Shown: positions 39,058 through 56,569, counted from the first letter of the stretch. The stretch is 64,000 nt of DNA from Eledone cirrhosa (GCA_964016885.1 OZ024753.1:35402001-35466000); one strand, 5' to 3'. Numbers and translations are program-made. Notes: a model not told the origin generated them from the letters alone.

Positions 39058-39114
39058 TATTTTGGCTGAGTGCCAGAGTTGATCCCTGATAGGTAGAACT
39101 AGCAGTAGACATGT

Positions 39115-41090
<1,976 letters not shown>

Positions 41091-41259
41091 AAAACAGTTA
41101 AATCCTGGTTATTCTTCATTCATTTATATATATATATCTGCTCAATTGGATTAAACTCTGAACTGTCTTTTACCTATCTTGCTGTGGACTATAAAATCAC
41201 ATTTGAGCTTTTAAATATTCTTTGCCTTTATATGGTTGTGTTATCAACTTATCTAAACT

Positions 41260-41346
<87 letters not shown>

Positions 41347-41559
41347 GTAACAGATTAAAATTTAAGCAAAGAAACGCTGCTTTCACCCTTAATGAGATCT
41401 TCTGAATATTTGCTCTAGGGTTCTTATATATTTGATATATATTTATCCTTATCGAGCCCTCTTTGGATTTTAGTCTTCACATTTATTATTATTACCAGTA
41501 ATGCACTGGATAATTGCTGGCCTTGTGCCTAAAGTAGAAACAATTACTATATATATAGT

Positions 41560-41740
41560 AGCGGTGGATTGGCAGTATCGGTGGAGGGTCGGATGCCATG
41601 CTTTCCAGCATAGTTACGTTCCTTTACGATCTGAGTTCAAATCCCGCCGAGGTTGACTTTGCCTTTCATTCTTACGGGATCGATAAAATAAAGTACCAGT
41701 AATGCACTGGCCTTGTGCTTAAAGTAGAAACAATTACTAT
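41560..41740 (+). mobile_element. SINE S1, preceded by an S1 3' stub at ~41495
   Basis: A and B boxes and S1 body; ATTACTATATATATAGTA repeated at both ends. Confidence 0.9.
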
Positions 41741-42654
41741 ATATATAGTATAAAAAAACGAAAAGTCCGTGATGCATCTGGACTCAGTTTATTGCGTGTT
41801 ACAATTGTTTCGCCGGCAGGTAGCTCGAGACATGATCACTGTATGGATCTGGCTGATTCTACGGCTGCAGGTTCTATAATTCAAATTAATAGATATATCT
41901 AGAGAAAGGACCATATATATTTTGAGAACAAACACTCTTTTGTATATTATATATACAAATACATATATATCAAGGAAAAATATGTACTTTAGATGGAAAA
42001 AATTATAATTCCTAGACACGTTGGAATGGATAGAATGTTCTAAGGTATTTGATCTGACTCTCTGCACTCTGAGCTCAAATCTCGCCGAGGTCAAGTCCTT
42101 TCTTTTCGCATTTTCAAGGTCGATAAAAAAAAAAGCACCAGCCAAGTACTGGGGTCGCTTCTATCTTTATATCTATCACACTTTCCCTCTTACGTTGAAA
42201 GAGAAGTCGGCTTTGTTCAGACCTGGTGAGAGATGGGTTGTGCCAGGTTACATTTTCTCAATACACGCTATATATCACTATGACCCCATCAGAAGTTACA
42301 GGTCCATACGTACATACATAATTTTAAACATACATACGTACGTACATGCATACATCCATACACACAAACACACCTACGTACATACATATATCCACACATA
42401 CATTTATACACACACACACATAGATTCATATAACCACACATGCATATCTAATTACACACACATACATATAATCAAACACACATATATACACACACATACA
42501 TAACACATCCATCAATTCATCTATCCGCCATCTATCCAACCATAAATACATATTATGTTATATAAAATAATTGGTTGTTGTTCCATATATTTTATGGTGC
42601 GTAAAGTAATTTCAACTATTTGCTTTCTCTGTCTTGTTCGAACGTCTGTTTGTT

Positions 42655-45600
42655 ATCTAACCTTATACCAGACGGCATCCAGGCTATATATTCTATAACA
42701 TACGGTATTGAACCAATCTACCTTATACCAGACGACAACCAGGCTATATATTCTATAACATAGGGTATTGAACCAATCTACCTTATACCAGACAACATCC
42801 AGGCTATATATTCTATAACATACGGTATTGAACCAATCTACCTTATACCACACGATAACCAGGCTATATATTCTATAACATACGGTATTGAACCAATCTA
42901 CCTTATACCAGACGACATCCAGGCTATATATTCTATAACATACGGTATTGAACCAATCTACCTTATACCACACGATAACCAGGCTATATATTCTATAACA
43001 TACGGTATTGAACCAATCTACCTTATAGCAGACGACATCCAGGCTATATATTCTATAACATACGGTATTGAACCAATCTACCTTATACCACACGATAACC
43101 AGGCTATATATTCTATAACATACGGTATTGAACCAATCTACCTTATACCAGACGACATCCAGGCTATATATTCTATAACATACGGTATTGAACCAATCTA
43201 CCTTATACTAGACGACATCCAGGCTATATATTCTATAACATACGGTATTGAACCAATCTACCTTATACCAGACGACAATCAGGCTATATATTCTATAACA
43301 TACGGTATTGAACCAATCTACCTTATACCAGACAACATCCAGGCTATATATTCTATAACATACGGTATTGAACCAATCTACCTTATACTAGACAACATCC
43401 AGGCTATATATTCTATAACATACGGTATTGAACCAATCTACCTTATACCAGACGACAACCAGGCTATATATTCTATAACATACGGTATTGAACCAATCTA
43501 CCTTATACTAGACGACAACCAGGCTATATATTCTATAAATACGGTATTGAACCAATCTACCTTATACCAGACGACATCCAGGCTATATATTCTATAACAT
43601 ACGGTATTGAACCAATCTACCTTATACCAGACGACAATCAGGCTATATATTCTATAACATACGGTATTGAACCAATCTACCTTATACCAGACGACAACCA
43701 GGCTATATATTCTATAACATACGGTATTGAACCAATCTACCTTATATCAGACGACATCCAGGCTATATATTCTATAACATACGGTATTGAACCGATCTAC
43801 CTTATACCAGACGACAACCAGGCTATATATTCTATAACATACGGTATTGAACCAATCTACCTTATACTAGACGACAACCAGGCTATATATTCTATAACAT
43901 ACGGTATTGAACCAATCTACCTTATACCAGACGACATCCAGGCTATATATTCTATAACATACGGTATTGAACCAATCTACCTTATATCAGACGACATCCA
44001 GGCTATATATTCTATAACATACGGTATTGAACCGATCTACCTTATACCAGACGACAACCAGGCTATATATTCTATAACATACGGTATTGAACCAATCTAC
44101 CTTATACTAGACGACAACCAGGCTATATATTCTATAACATACGGTATTGAACCAATGTACCTTATACCAGACGACATCCAGGCTATATATTCTATAACAT
44201 ACGGTATTGAACCGATCTACCTTATACCAGACGACAACCAGGCTATATATTCTATAACATACGGTATTGAACCAATCTACCTTATACCAGACGACAACCA
44301 GGCTATATATTCTATAACATACGGTATTGAACCAATCTACCTTATACCAGACGACATCCAGGCTATATATTCTATAACATACGGTATTGAACCAATCTAC
44401 CTTATACCAGACGACAATCAGGATATATATTCTATAACATACGGTATTGAACCAATCTACCTTATACCAGACGACAACCAGGCTATATATTCTATAACAT
44501 ACGGTATTGAACCAATCTACCTTATACCAGACGACATCCAGGCTATACATTCTATAACATACGGTATTGAACCAATCTACCTTATACCAGACGACAACCA
44601 GGCTATATATTCTATAACATACGGTATTGAACCAATCTACCTTATACCAGACGACAACCAGGCTATATATTCTATAACATACGGTATTGAACCAATCTAC
44701 CTTATACCAGACGACATCCAGGCTATATATTCTATAACATACGGTATTGAACCAATCTACCTTATACCAGACGACAACCAGGCTATATATTCTATAACAT
44801 ACGGTATTGAACCAATCTACCTTATACTAGACGACATCCAGGCTATATATTCTATAACATACGGTATTGAACCAACCTACCTTATACCAGACGACAACCA
44901 GGCTATATATTCTATAACATACGGTATTGAACCAATCTACCTTATACCAGACGACATCCAGGCTATATATTCTATAACATACGGTATTGAACCAATCTAC
45001 CTTATACCAGACGACATCCAGGCTATATATTCTATAACATACGGTATTGAACCAATCTACCTTATACCAGACGACAACCAGGCTATATATTCTATAACAT
45101 ACGGTATTGAACCAATCTACCTTATACCAGACGACATCCAGGCTATATATTCTATAACATACGGTATTGAACCAATCTACCTTATACCAGACGACAACCA
45201 GGCTATATATTCTATAACATACGGTATTGAACCAATCTACCTTATACTAGACGACATCCAGGCTATATATTCTATAACATACGGTATTGAACCAATCTAC
45301 CTTATACCAGACGACAACCAGGCTATATATTCTATAACATACGGTATTGAACCAATCTACCTTATACTAGACGACATCCAGGCTATATATTCTATAACAT
45401 ACGGTATTGAACCAATCTACCTTATACTAGACGACATCCAGGCTATATATTCTATAACATACGGTATTGAACCAATCTACCTTATACCAGACGACAACCA
45501 GGCTATATATTCTATAACATACGGTATTGAACCAATCTACCTTATACCAGACGACATCCAGGCTATATATTCTATAACATACGGTATTGAACCAATCTAC

Positions 45601-47467
45601 CTTATACCAGACGACAACCAGGCTATATATTCTATAACATACGGTATTGAACCAATCTACCTTATACTAGACGACATCCAGGCTATATATTCTATAACAT
45701 ACGGTATTGAACCAATCTACCTTATACCAGACGACATCCAGGCTATATATTCTATAACATACGGTATTGAACCAATCTACCTTATACCAGACGACAACCA
45801 GGCTATATATTCTATAACATACGGTATTGAACCAATCTACCTTATACTAGACGACATCCAGGCTATATATTCTATAACATACGGTATTGAACCAATCTAC
45901 CTTATACCAGACGACAACCAGGCTATATATTCTATAACATACGGTATTGAACCAATCTACCTTATACCAGACGACATCCAGGCTATATATTCTATAACAT
46001 ACGGTATTGAACCAATCTACCTTATACCAGACGACATCCAGGCTATATATTCTATAACATACGGTATTATACCAATCTACCTTATACCAGACGACATCCA
46101 GGCTATATATTCTATCACATACGGTATTGAACCAATCTACCTTATACCAGACGACATCCAGGCTATATATTCTATAACATACGGTATTGAACCAATCTAC
46201 CTTATACCAGACGACATCCAGGCTATATATTCTATAACATACGGTATTGAACCAATCTACCTTATACTAGCCGACATCCAGGCTATATATTCTATAACAT
46301 ACGGTATTGAACCAATCTACCTTATACTAGACGACATCCAGGCTATATATTCTATAACATACGGTATTGAACCAATCTACCTTATACCAGACGACAACCA
46401 GGCTATATATTCTATAACATACGGTATTGAACCAATCTACCTTATACCAGACGACATCCAGGCTATATATTCTATAACATACGGTATTGAACCAATCTAC
46501 CTTATACCAGACGACAACCAGGCTATATATTCTATAACATACGGTATTGAACCAATCTACCTTATACTAGACGACATCCAGGCTATATATTCTATAACAT
46601 ACGGTATTGAACCAATCTACCTTATACCAGACGACATCCAGGCTATATATTCTATAACATACGGTATTGAACCAATCTACCTTATACCAGACGACAACCA
46701 GGCTATATATTCTATACCATACGGTATTGAACCAATCTACCTTATACTAGACGACATCCAGGCTATATATTCTATAACATACGGTATTGAACCAATCTAC
46801 CTTATACCAGACGACAACCAGGCTATATATTCTATAACATACGGTATTGAACCAATCTACCTTATACCAGACGACATCCAGGCTATATATTCTATAACAT
46901 ACGGTATTGAACCAATCTACCTTATACCAGACGACATCCAGGCTATATATTCTATAACATACGGTATTATACCAATCTACCTTATACCAGACGACATCCA
47001 GGCTATATATTCTATCACATACGGTATTGAACCAATCTACCTTATACCAGACGACATCCAGGCTATATATTCTATAACATACGGTATTGAACCAATCTAC
47101 CTTATACCAGACGACATCCAGGCTATATATTCTATAACATGCGGTATTGAACCAATCTACCTTATACTAGACGACATCCAGGCTATATATTCTATAACAT
47201 ACGGTATTGAACCAATCTACCTTATACTAGACGACATCCAGGCTATATATTCTATAACATACGGTATTGAACCAACCTACCTTATACCAGACGACAACCA
47301 GGCTATATATTCTATAACATACGGTATTGAACCAATCTACCTTATACCAGACGACAACCAGGCTATATATTCTATAACATACGGTATTGAACCAACCTAC
47401 CTTATACCAGACGACAACCAGGCTATATATTCTATAACATACGGTATTGAACCAATCTACCTTATAC
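42655..47467. repeat. 60-bp tandem satellite, ~80 copies
   Basis: Unit CCTTATACCAGACGACA(T/A)CCAGGCTATATATTCTATAACATACGGTATTGAACCAATCTA; 1-bp deletion near 43539. Confidence 0.98.
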
Positions 47468-47479
47468 GAGACCTCAAGA

Positions 47480-47815
47480 GAGAAGACCCTCTTCAGTCAC
47501 GAATGACCATAGGTTTTGCACCTAGAAAGTTTCCCTCCGAGGTACAAATCCGGGCAAGGTTGTTTGTGGAAGACCAGCAGTCGCCAACGCATACCAGTTT
47601 TCCTCTCTCCACGCCACCGATGTTGTCCAAGAGAAAGGCTATGGCCGATACAGCTTGGCACCAGTGACGTCGCAACACATTTCTACAGCTGAGTAAACTG
47701 GAGCAACGTGAAATAAAGTGCCTTGTTCAAGGACACCTGTTTTTTTCAGTTGAGAATCGAACTTATGACCTTTTGAATCGTGAGATCAGAAACCCAACCA
47801 CTAAGCCGCGTGTCT
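47480..47815 (-). mobile_element. tRNA-derived SINE with CORE-like domain
   Basis: Reverse complement of GTGTCCTTGAACAAGGCACTTTATTTCACGTTGCTCCAG and a B box (AGTTCGATTC). Confidence 0.7.
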
Positions 47816-48247
47816 TCATACGATACATAAAATACTGAAATATCAACAAAACATCATGTAGATGTAGCCGCGGTCGGTGGCAACTTATTTTCCCGTCCTT
47901 AAGTATTTTCACCCCATTTTATAAGCTATTTTATCCCATCTCCGCGCACGAGCACACCACTCTTTATATTAACTGAAATATTAATAAAAGCCGGAGTGCA
48001 ATTCTTCTGGTGTCTATATAGCTGAAAGCTTTCTTGGCATCATTTGAGAAGAGTTTCCTTTGAGAATAGTCGCTCTAATGTCGGTATAGACACGTACATG
48101 GCTACATTTAGTATGGTATTTTGGGCTACTCACAAACAACAAACATAAACACTTAACCACGTATATATATATATATATACTGTATATATATATATATATA
48201 TATACTGTATATATATATATACTGTATATATATATATATATACTGTG

Positions 48248-48280
<33 letters not shown>

Positions 48281-48408
48281 GTATATATATATATATATAC
48301 ATAAATACATATATATTCATATACTCAAACACAGTATATATGTCTGTGCGTATGCATGTGTGTATTTCTTCTTCGTCTGTAAGTCTCTATACACACACAC
48401 ACACACAC

Positions 48409-48462
<54 letters not shown>

Positions 48463-48947
48463 TATATATATATACAGTATACATATATATATATATATAT
48501 ATATAGGGACATGTCTTCTATAGCTTCGGGTTGTCCAATGACTATAGACACCACGTGTCCGTGTTATGGTGAAATAGTGAGAAAGTGAGTAAGGAATGCC
48601 TACAATTCCTATTATAAGTTCCAAAATCACACTGTAGTTATATTGTAGTTATATTGCAGGAGGTTGGTGGCGGGGTAAGCACATGATCTGATGATCCACT
48701 CAAGAAACGCTAGTGTCTAATGTCGACGTCAGGCAGTGAATGTCTGTGCATCGAGTTTCGGTTTAAATCAAACTCCTACTTGACCAAGGCGGCGCATTGG
48801 TAGAGCCGTTAGAACGTGCATCGAGCCTATGAAAATATCTTCCAGCTTCTTGTGGTAAGGGCGTTGGGCTTACGATCATGATGCCGTGGGTTCGATTCTT
48901 GGACTGGGTTGTGTGTTGTGTTCTTGAACAAAACACTTCATTCATTG

Positions 48948-49160
48948 TGGATTGGCAGTATCGATAGCGCGTCGGACATGTTTGTCGGTATAGAGTTACG
49001 TCCCTTTATGTTCTGAGGTCAAATTCTGCTGAGGCTGACTTTGCTTTTCATCCTTACACGGTCGATAAAAAAAAGTACCAGTTACGCACTGGCGTTGATT
49101 TAATAGACTCTCTCCTCTCTACCAAGATTGTTGGCCTTGTGCTTAAATCAGAAACCATTA
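48948..49160 (+). mobile_element. SINE S1 variant
   Basis: S1 head and body. Confidence 0.8.
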
Positions 49161-51389
49161 TTTCACAATGCTATGACTGACACAATGAACTCGCCCTCTC
49201 TCTCTATCTCCTCACTCTGTTTACCCTCCTCTCTTCCCCCCCTCTCTCTCTCGCTCTATCTATCTACCTCCCCCTCTCTCCTTATGCTGTCTTCCTCCAT
49301 CTCTCCCCCTCTCAGTCTCCCTCCTTTCCTGCCAATTTAGATAAATGGTGTATCCGGAGACTTAATTCTCGTTCTCTTTCAAGCTAAGCCTGTTATGACG
49401 TTTAACCAGCTTCCGTTGAGATCAGGTTCTGTTGCTATTTAAATATAGCCTTTTTTGTTTTCGTATTATCCTACTTTTCCTCTGGCCAGGGACTTTAATC
49501 GTATTTAAAATAATAAAAATAAAAAAAAGCTACATCACCACTACTACCAAAAGCTACAAAGTTTCGATGTTATTTTCAGAGGAGCAGTAAACGGAACTCC
49601 TGGTGACACGTCCTGGAAAATGAAAGGAAAAGATCTGGATGGAACTGGGGAAAATTAGAGAAGACTGAGAATAGGGATGAGTAGAAGATTGTCAATGGTC
49701 CATGTCCTTTTTGGGACAAAAAGCTTGTGTAATGAACCTAATATGCAATAGAAAAAAGCAAATTCGCGTTTATTCACAGAACTCTTAGTGGCGAAGGGTT
49801 ATATAATTTATTTTCTTACCCAAAAATCTTTGATAAAATAGCCCCTCACATGTGCCGTAATAGAGGTATTTAGTTATACAACATCGCGGTTTTGTGTTAA
49901 AGAAATATTGTCAGCCCTTCCTTATATATGTATCACATTACCGTCTTAAGTCAAAGTCTTTTGAACGTCACCGTGTCATACAGTTTATTCTAACATGTAC
50001 TGTTATTCTCTTTAATCTATCGATATATCACTGACTTCTAAGGTATTGTTCCTCTCACGTTCTTCCCTATAAGGTCAATACATTATTTACTTTATTCATT
50101 TTCCCTGTTCAAATGTCATATTAACATTTAACACATCCAAGTGGTCGTCTAGTGTAATAGCAATACGAAACCTTTTTTATTCTTGCCATGACACACAATA
50201 TATATATTTTATACCGTCCCAGGTCTAGGTACGCTCAATGTCGATAAAAAACAATAACATACATACATACATACATGCATACATACATACATACATGCAT
50301 ACATACATGCATACATGAATACATGCATACATACATGCATACATACATGCATGCATGCATGCATGCATGCATGCATACATACATGCATGCATACATACAT
50401 ACATGCATGCATACATACATACATGCATGCATACATGCATACATACATACATACATGCATGCATACATACATTCATACATACATACATTCATACATACAT
50501 ACATGCATGCATACATACATGAATGCATACATACATTTTTTCCAAAAGTTCTGCATCTAATAACTGCATGTACACATGTACAGATACAAATATTATGCAC
50601 ATGAACACATAACTCAAAACATACACATGCACACATGCAATAATATCCAAGCCTGCACACACATGCATGCAGACATATCTACTTAGTTGATGTTATGTAA
50701 ATTCAAATGAGAGAGTCTTGTATCTATGTTAGAAACCGACTTAAAATTATAAAACTAGAACATACACACACCACATCACACCGTACCACACCACACCACA
50801 CCACATCACCACACATCACACATCACACCACACCACCACACATCACATCACACCACACCACACCACCACACATCACATCACACCACACCACCACACATCA
50901 CATCACATCACACCACACCACACCTCACCACACCACACCACACCACCACACATCACACCACATCACACCACACCACACCACACACCACACACCACACATC
51001 ACATCACACCACACCACACCTCACCACACCACCACACCTCACCACACCACACCACACCACACCACCACACACCACACCACACCACACCACACCACACCAC
51101 ACCTCACCACACCACACCACACCACACCACCACACACCACACCACACCACACCTCACCACACCACACCACACCACACACATAATGTTTTGTAATATTCGT
51201 TCTGGTTCTCTGCTCTCTCAGTTCAAATTATGCCCAGGTCAACTTTGCCTTTCATCTTTTAGAGTTCGGTAAAAAAAAAAGAAAAGAAAATACCAGTCCC
51301 ATACTGGGGTCGATTCTTCCTCCATATCTCTTTCTCACTCCCTCACTTTTTCTGGAAGAATCGACCATGTTCAGACGTTGAAAGGAGAT

Positions 51390-51750
51390 AGGCTATATTC
51401 AGACATAAACAATATTTCAAGATGGCGGCTATATTCAGACATAAGCAATATTTCAAGATGGCGGCTATATTCAGACATAAGCAATATTTCAAGATGGCGG
51501 CTATATTCAGACATAAACAATATATCAAGAAGGCGGCTATATTCAAACATAAGTATTATTTCAAAATGGCGGCTATATTCAAACATAAGTAATATTTCAT
51601 GATGGCGGCTATATTCAGACATAAGTATTATTTCAAGATGGCGGCTATATTCAAACATAAGTATTATTTCAAAATGGCGGCTATATTCAGACATAAGCAA
51701 TATTTCAAGATGGTGGCTATATTCAGACATAAGTAATATTTCAAGATGGC
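51390..51750. repeat. 36-bp minisatellite, ~10 copies
   Basis: GGCGGCTATATTCAGACATAAGCAATATTTCAAGAT units. Confidence 0.95.
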
Positions 51751-52009
51751 TTCAATCCAATGACAAAATCCGGTAAAAGAGTAAATGAGGACATCTCAGT
51801 TATTTTGTTCATTTTTTTTTTCTCGTTTGGTTTTGCTTTCGTTTTTACTAAATCTTTCCCCCTGTGTTCGTCCTTCGACAGGCGACCCCTCATATCTTAA
51901 CACAATATTAATACATCTCTCTTGCCTACTTTCCTCCTCCTACTTCTCATCATCATCATCATCACATCATAGGCAATATCAATACATTTCTGTCACCTAC
52001 CTACTGCCC

Positions 52010-52200
52010 CCCCTCCTCCTATCACAGGTGATATTAACACACCACTGTCTGACACTGTCCAATACCTCCCTCCCTCCCTCTCCCCTCCTATTACAGGTGA
52101 TATTAACACACCACTGTCTGACACTGTCCAATACCTCCCTCCCCTCCTATTACAGGTGATATTAACACACCACTGTCTGACACTGCCCAATACCTGCCTC
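52010..52200. repeat. Three-copy ~60-70 bp tandem repeat
   Basis: CAGGTGATATTAACACACCACTGTCTGACACTG three times. Confidence 0.9.
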
Positions 52201-52471
52201 ACCCCTTCTCCACCACCTCTTCCGCCTTCACCACCCTCCTGTCTTATAACAGACAATATTAGTACACCTCTGTCTGACCCCTACCCTGCTCCACCCCGTC
52301 AGCAATATTACACCCCTCCCCACACTATAATGACATTGTTGTCACCTCAGTTGCCCCCTAGCCACCCTATTCTTTTGTTTCCTTGCTGACTTTCTCACGT
52401 CACACTTCGATTTTTTGGTGCAAGTCTCAATGTATGTATTATGTGCGCGCGTGTGTGTGTGTGTATACTCT

Positions 52472-52532
<61 letters not shown>

Positions 52533-52603
52533 CGTTCAACAATATATATATATATATATGTCAAAGGTAAACTGAAATAACAACACAATCGGTACAGTAT
52601 ATG

Positions 52604-52637
<34 letters not shown>

Positions 52638-52723
52638 TACAGTGTGTGTGTGTATGTGAGTGTATTATATATATGTATATACGTATGTGTGTATGCACAT
52701 ATATGTGTATGTATGTATGTATG

Positions 52724-52845
<122 letters not shown>

Positions 52846-53129
52846 AGTGTGTGTATATGGTTGGATAGAAATGTAGACCATGATGTCTGTACGCCCACCA
52901 GCTGGTACACTTAAGTCAAGTGTGACATATTTTAACTACAATCGCTTATGTTGACACAACAAAAACTAAAATAGTCGACTATGTATGACCAGGTCAAGAT
53001 GGCTTGGATAATTGGAAGAATTGTAACAGATCACCAACTCCTAAAGTGGATGCAAACCTTGAAAACTCTGGTCATGGAGAAGTGTCTTAAAACTAGCTCT
53101 GGTAAAACTAACTAACGTTTTTTCGTTAT

Positions 53130-53360
53130 TCAGTTAAGGTGACATTGACTAACATACTGTTGAGGGCCAGAGGTGGGTTTTCACTGCTCAGCTAAGGTGA
53201 TACTGACTAACAGACTGTTGAGGGCCAGAGGTGGGTTTTCATTGTTCAGCTAAGGTGACATTGACTGTTGAGGACCAGGTGTGTTTTCAATACTCATCTA
53301 TATAAAATTGACTAACAGTTAGTTAAGGGCCATAGCTGTGTTTACACTGCTCAGTTCAGG
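53130..53360. repeat. ~58-bp degenerate tandem repeat, ~4 copies
   Basis: TCAGCTAAGGTGACATTGACTAACAGACTGTTGAGGGCCAG units. Confidence 0.8.
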
Positions 53361-53702
53361 AGGTGGCACTAAATAATCGATTAATCCGAGGTTAACTTAG
53401 CCTTTCAACCCTTTGAGGTCGATAAAAAAGAAGTACCAGTTAAGTACAATGATCGATTCTTCCTCTCTTTCTCTATCTCTTCCTCTCTTTCTCTAGAAGA
53501 AGAAATCTACTGTGTTCAGCCCTGGGGATGTACAGATGGAGCTACAAAGTAACAATAACAGGCCTTTGAAACTCTGCACGGCCGATTGAGTTGCCAGAAT
53601 TAGCAGCGAAACCACCCTCAAATCATACCCTACTGTCAGAGCCTCGGCCCTGAATCAAATTCCCGACCTTACGACCAGAACACATTAATTACTAAACATG
53701 TA

Positions 53703-53878
53703 TTGGCAGTATAGGTAGAGGGTCGGACGCCATACTTTCCAGCATAGTTACGTCCCTTTACGGTCTGAGTTCAAATCCCGCCGAGGTTGACTTTGCCTTT
53801 CATCCTTACGGGGTCGATAAAATAAAGTACCAGTAATACACTGGTTAAATTGCTGGCCTTGTGCCTAAAGTAGAAACA
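53703..53878 (+). mobile_element. SINE S1 with 19-bp TSD
   Basis: ATTAATTACTAAACATGTA at 53684-53702 and 53879-53897. Confidence 0.92.
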
Positions 53879-54294
53879 ATTAATTACTAAACATGTACCT
53901 CCACTAACCTAATATCAAATAAAAACTACAGCTACTTCCACAGTAGTAGTAGTAGTAGTAGTGGTAGTAGTGGTAGTAGTAGTGGTAGTAGTAGTAGTGG
54001 TAGTAGTAGTAGTAGTAGTAGTAGTACCTCGTAAAGCTGTTGGTGCCAGACAACTGTATGTGTAGAAAACAGTGTGCAGACTTTCAAACAAACACAAACA
54101 CTTCACTTTTAACTTAAACAATTGCCTCATTTGTCTAAGAGTTGGTGGATTGGTAAATAGTTGTGTATGATACTCGTGGGTACATGTAAACATACACACA
54201 CAGCACACTATAAATGAATAATGTCTATATACATAATCATGGCTATACAAGGATGTACACACACATAAACACTGAAACAGTTGTAAATATAAAC

Positions 54295-54357
<63 letters not shown>

Positions 54358-54457
54358 CATTCGATTATAGGATTATAAAGTTTTGTAAGCAGCTCATTTC
54401 TTAGCTTGGCAGAAGAAACTTAATACACACCTCACGTACACTATATGTATGTGTGTG

Positions 54458-54533
<76 letters not shown>

Positions 54534-54656
54534 CAGTACCACATATTCAACTCCAGTTTATAACATCACACCCTTTATGTACATTTCAAAGGCAACAAAA
54601 AAGTCATTATGTAGTTATCCGATGCGTTGTTGTCAAACAAGTGTTTAAATGTAAAT

Positions 54657-54844
54657 AATTGTTTCTACTTTTGGCACAAGGCCAGCAATTACCCAGTGTA
54701 TTACTGGTACTTTATTTTATCGACCCCGTAAGGATGAAAGGCAAAGTTAACCTCGGTGGGATTTGAACTCAGAATGGCAAGGGCCGTAATTCTATGCGTC
54801 AAAGCATGGCGTCCGATCCTCTACTGATACTGCCAATCCACCGC

Positions 54845-54845
<1 letters not shown>
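54657..54845 (-). mobile_element. SINE S1
   Basis: Reverse complement of the S1 consensus. Confidence 0.9.
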
Positions 54846-54901
<56 letters not shown>

Positions 54902-54969
54902 AGAGAGAGGGTGAGAGAGAGAGAAAGAGAGAGAGAGAGTAAGAAAGAGAGAGAGGGGGAAAAGAGAGT

Positions 54970-55001
<32 letters not shown>

Positions 55002-55399
55002 AGAAGGAGAGAGAGGAGAGCAGGAGACAGAGAGGAGAGCAGGAGACAGAGAGGAGAGAGAGAGAGAGAGAGAGAGAGAACTAAACAGACACACAGACAG
55101 ATAAACAAATACATGGAAAGCTCTACACGAGGGGGCGCGTCTTCCATCTCTGTACGCTTACTTAAACACGATTTGAAAACACTTCAACGAACCATAGGTG
55201 ATAGGCCGTACTTTCTTTTGACTTGTATTATTTAATTGGAATGTCGTACATCACAACTGATATAAGAAAGAGTTAAGACTCTTTCAGATGATTTAGCCAC
55301 GCATGCAGAATATAGATCTCTATCTATTACTATAGATATCTTTATATCTATATCACACATATAGACACACATATATATCTATATATGCATGCACACACA

Positions 55400-55481
55400 C
55401 ACACCACACATATATATATATATATATACTCACACATATATACTCACACATATATACACATTTGCACACACATACACACAC

Positions 55482-55514
<33 letters not shown>

Positions 55515-55950
55515 TATATATATATATATACTCACACATATATACACATTTGCACACACATACACACACACACATATATATATATATACACACACACACA
55601 CATATATATATATACTCACACATATATACACATTTGCACACACACACATATATATATATATACATACACACACACACATATATATATATACTCACACATA
55701 TATACACATTTGCACACACACACATATATATATATATACATACACACACACACATATATATATATATATACTCACACATATATACACATTTGCACACACA
55801 CACATATATATATATATATACACACACACATATATATATATATATACTCACACATATATACACATTTGCACACACATACACACACACACATATATATATA
55901 CACACACACACACATATATATATATATACTCACACATATATACACATTTG

Positions 55951-55984
<34 letters not shown>

Positions 55985-56032
55985 CACACACACACACATA
56001 TATATATATACTCACACATATATACACATTTG

Positions 56033-56064
<32 letters not shown>

Positions 56065-56119
56065 CACACACACATATATATATATACTCACACATATATA
56101 CACATTTGCACATACACAC

Positions 56120-56150
<31 letters not shown>

Positions 56151-56186
56151 TATATATATATATACTCACACATATATACACATTTG

Positions 56187-56236
<50 letters not shown>

Positions 56237-56340
56237 TATATATATATACTCACACATATATACACATTTGCACACACACACACACATATATATATATATA
56301 CACACACATATATATATATATATACACATATATATGTACA
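55400..56340. repeat. Compound microsatellite-derived ~70-80 bp minisatellite
   Basis: Recurring CTCACACATATATACACATTTGCACAC unit between CA/TA runs. Confidence 0.9.
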
Positions 56341-56371
56341 CATACACATATACACACATATATATACACAC

Positions 56372-56505
56372 GAAAAGCATGGGCGGAGGTGGTGAGAGCA
56401 GACCTCAGATCACTGAAGAAGGACCGTGACAAGTGGAGGGATGCTGTGTTGAATAGGACCCATCCCACTCTTGCAAGCAGACGTAAAATGATGATGATGG
56501 TGATG
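56372..56505 (+). mobile_element. RTE-clade LINE 3' fragment
   Basis: Translates RKAWAEVVRADLRSL..DRDKWRDAV, a typical RTE C-terminus; (ATG)n tail. Confidence 0.7.
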
Positions 56506-56569
56506 ATATATATATATACATACACATATGTATACACGCACACATACATGTATACACACACACACACAA

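Noticed and set aside
42655-47467. Regular array resembling a CRISPR locus near a reverse transcriptase
   Set aside because: Units are contiguous near-identical 60-mers with no unique spacers. There are no cas genes, the context is eukaryotic, and the RT is a LINE ORF2 30 kb away
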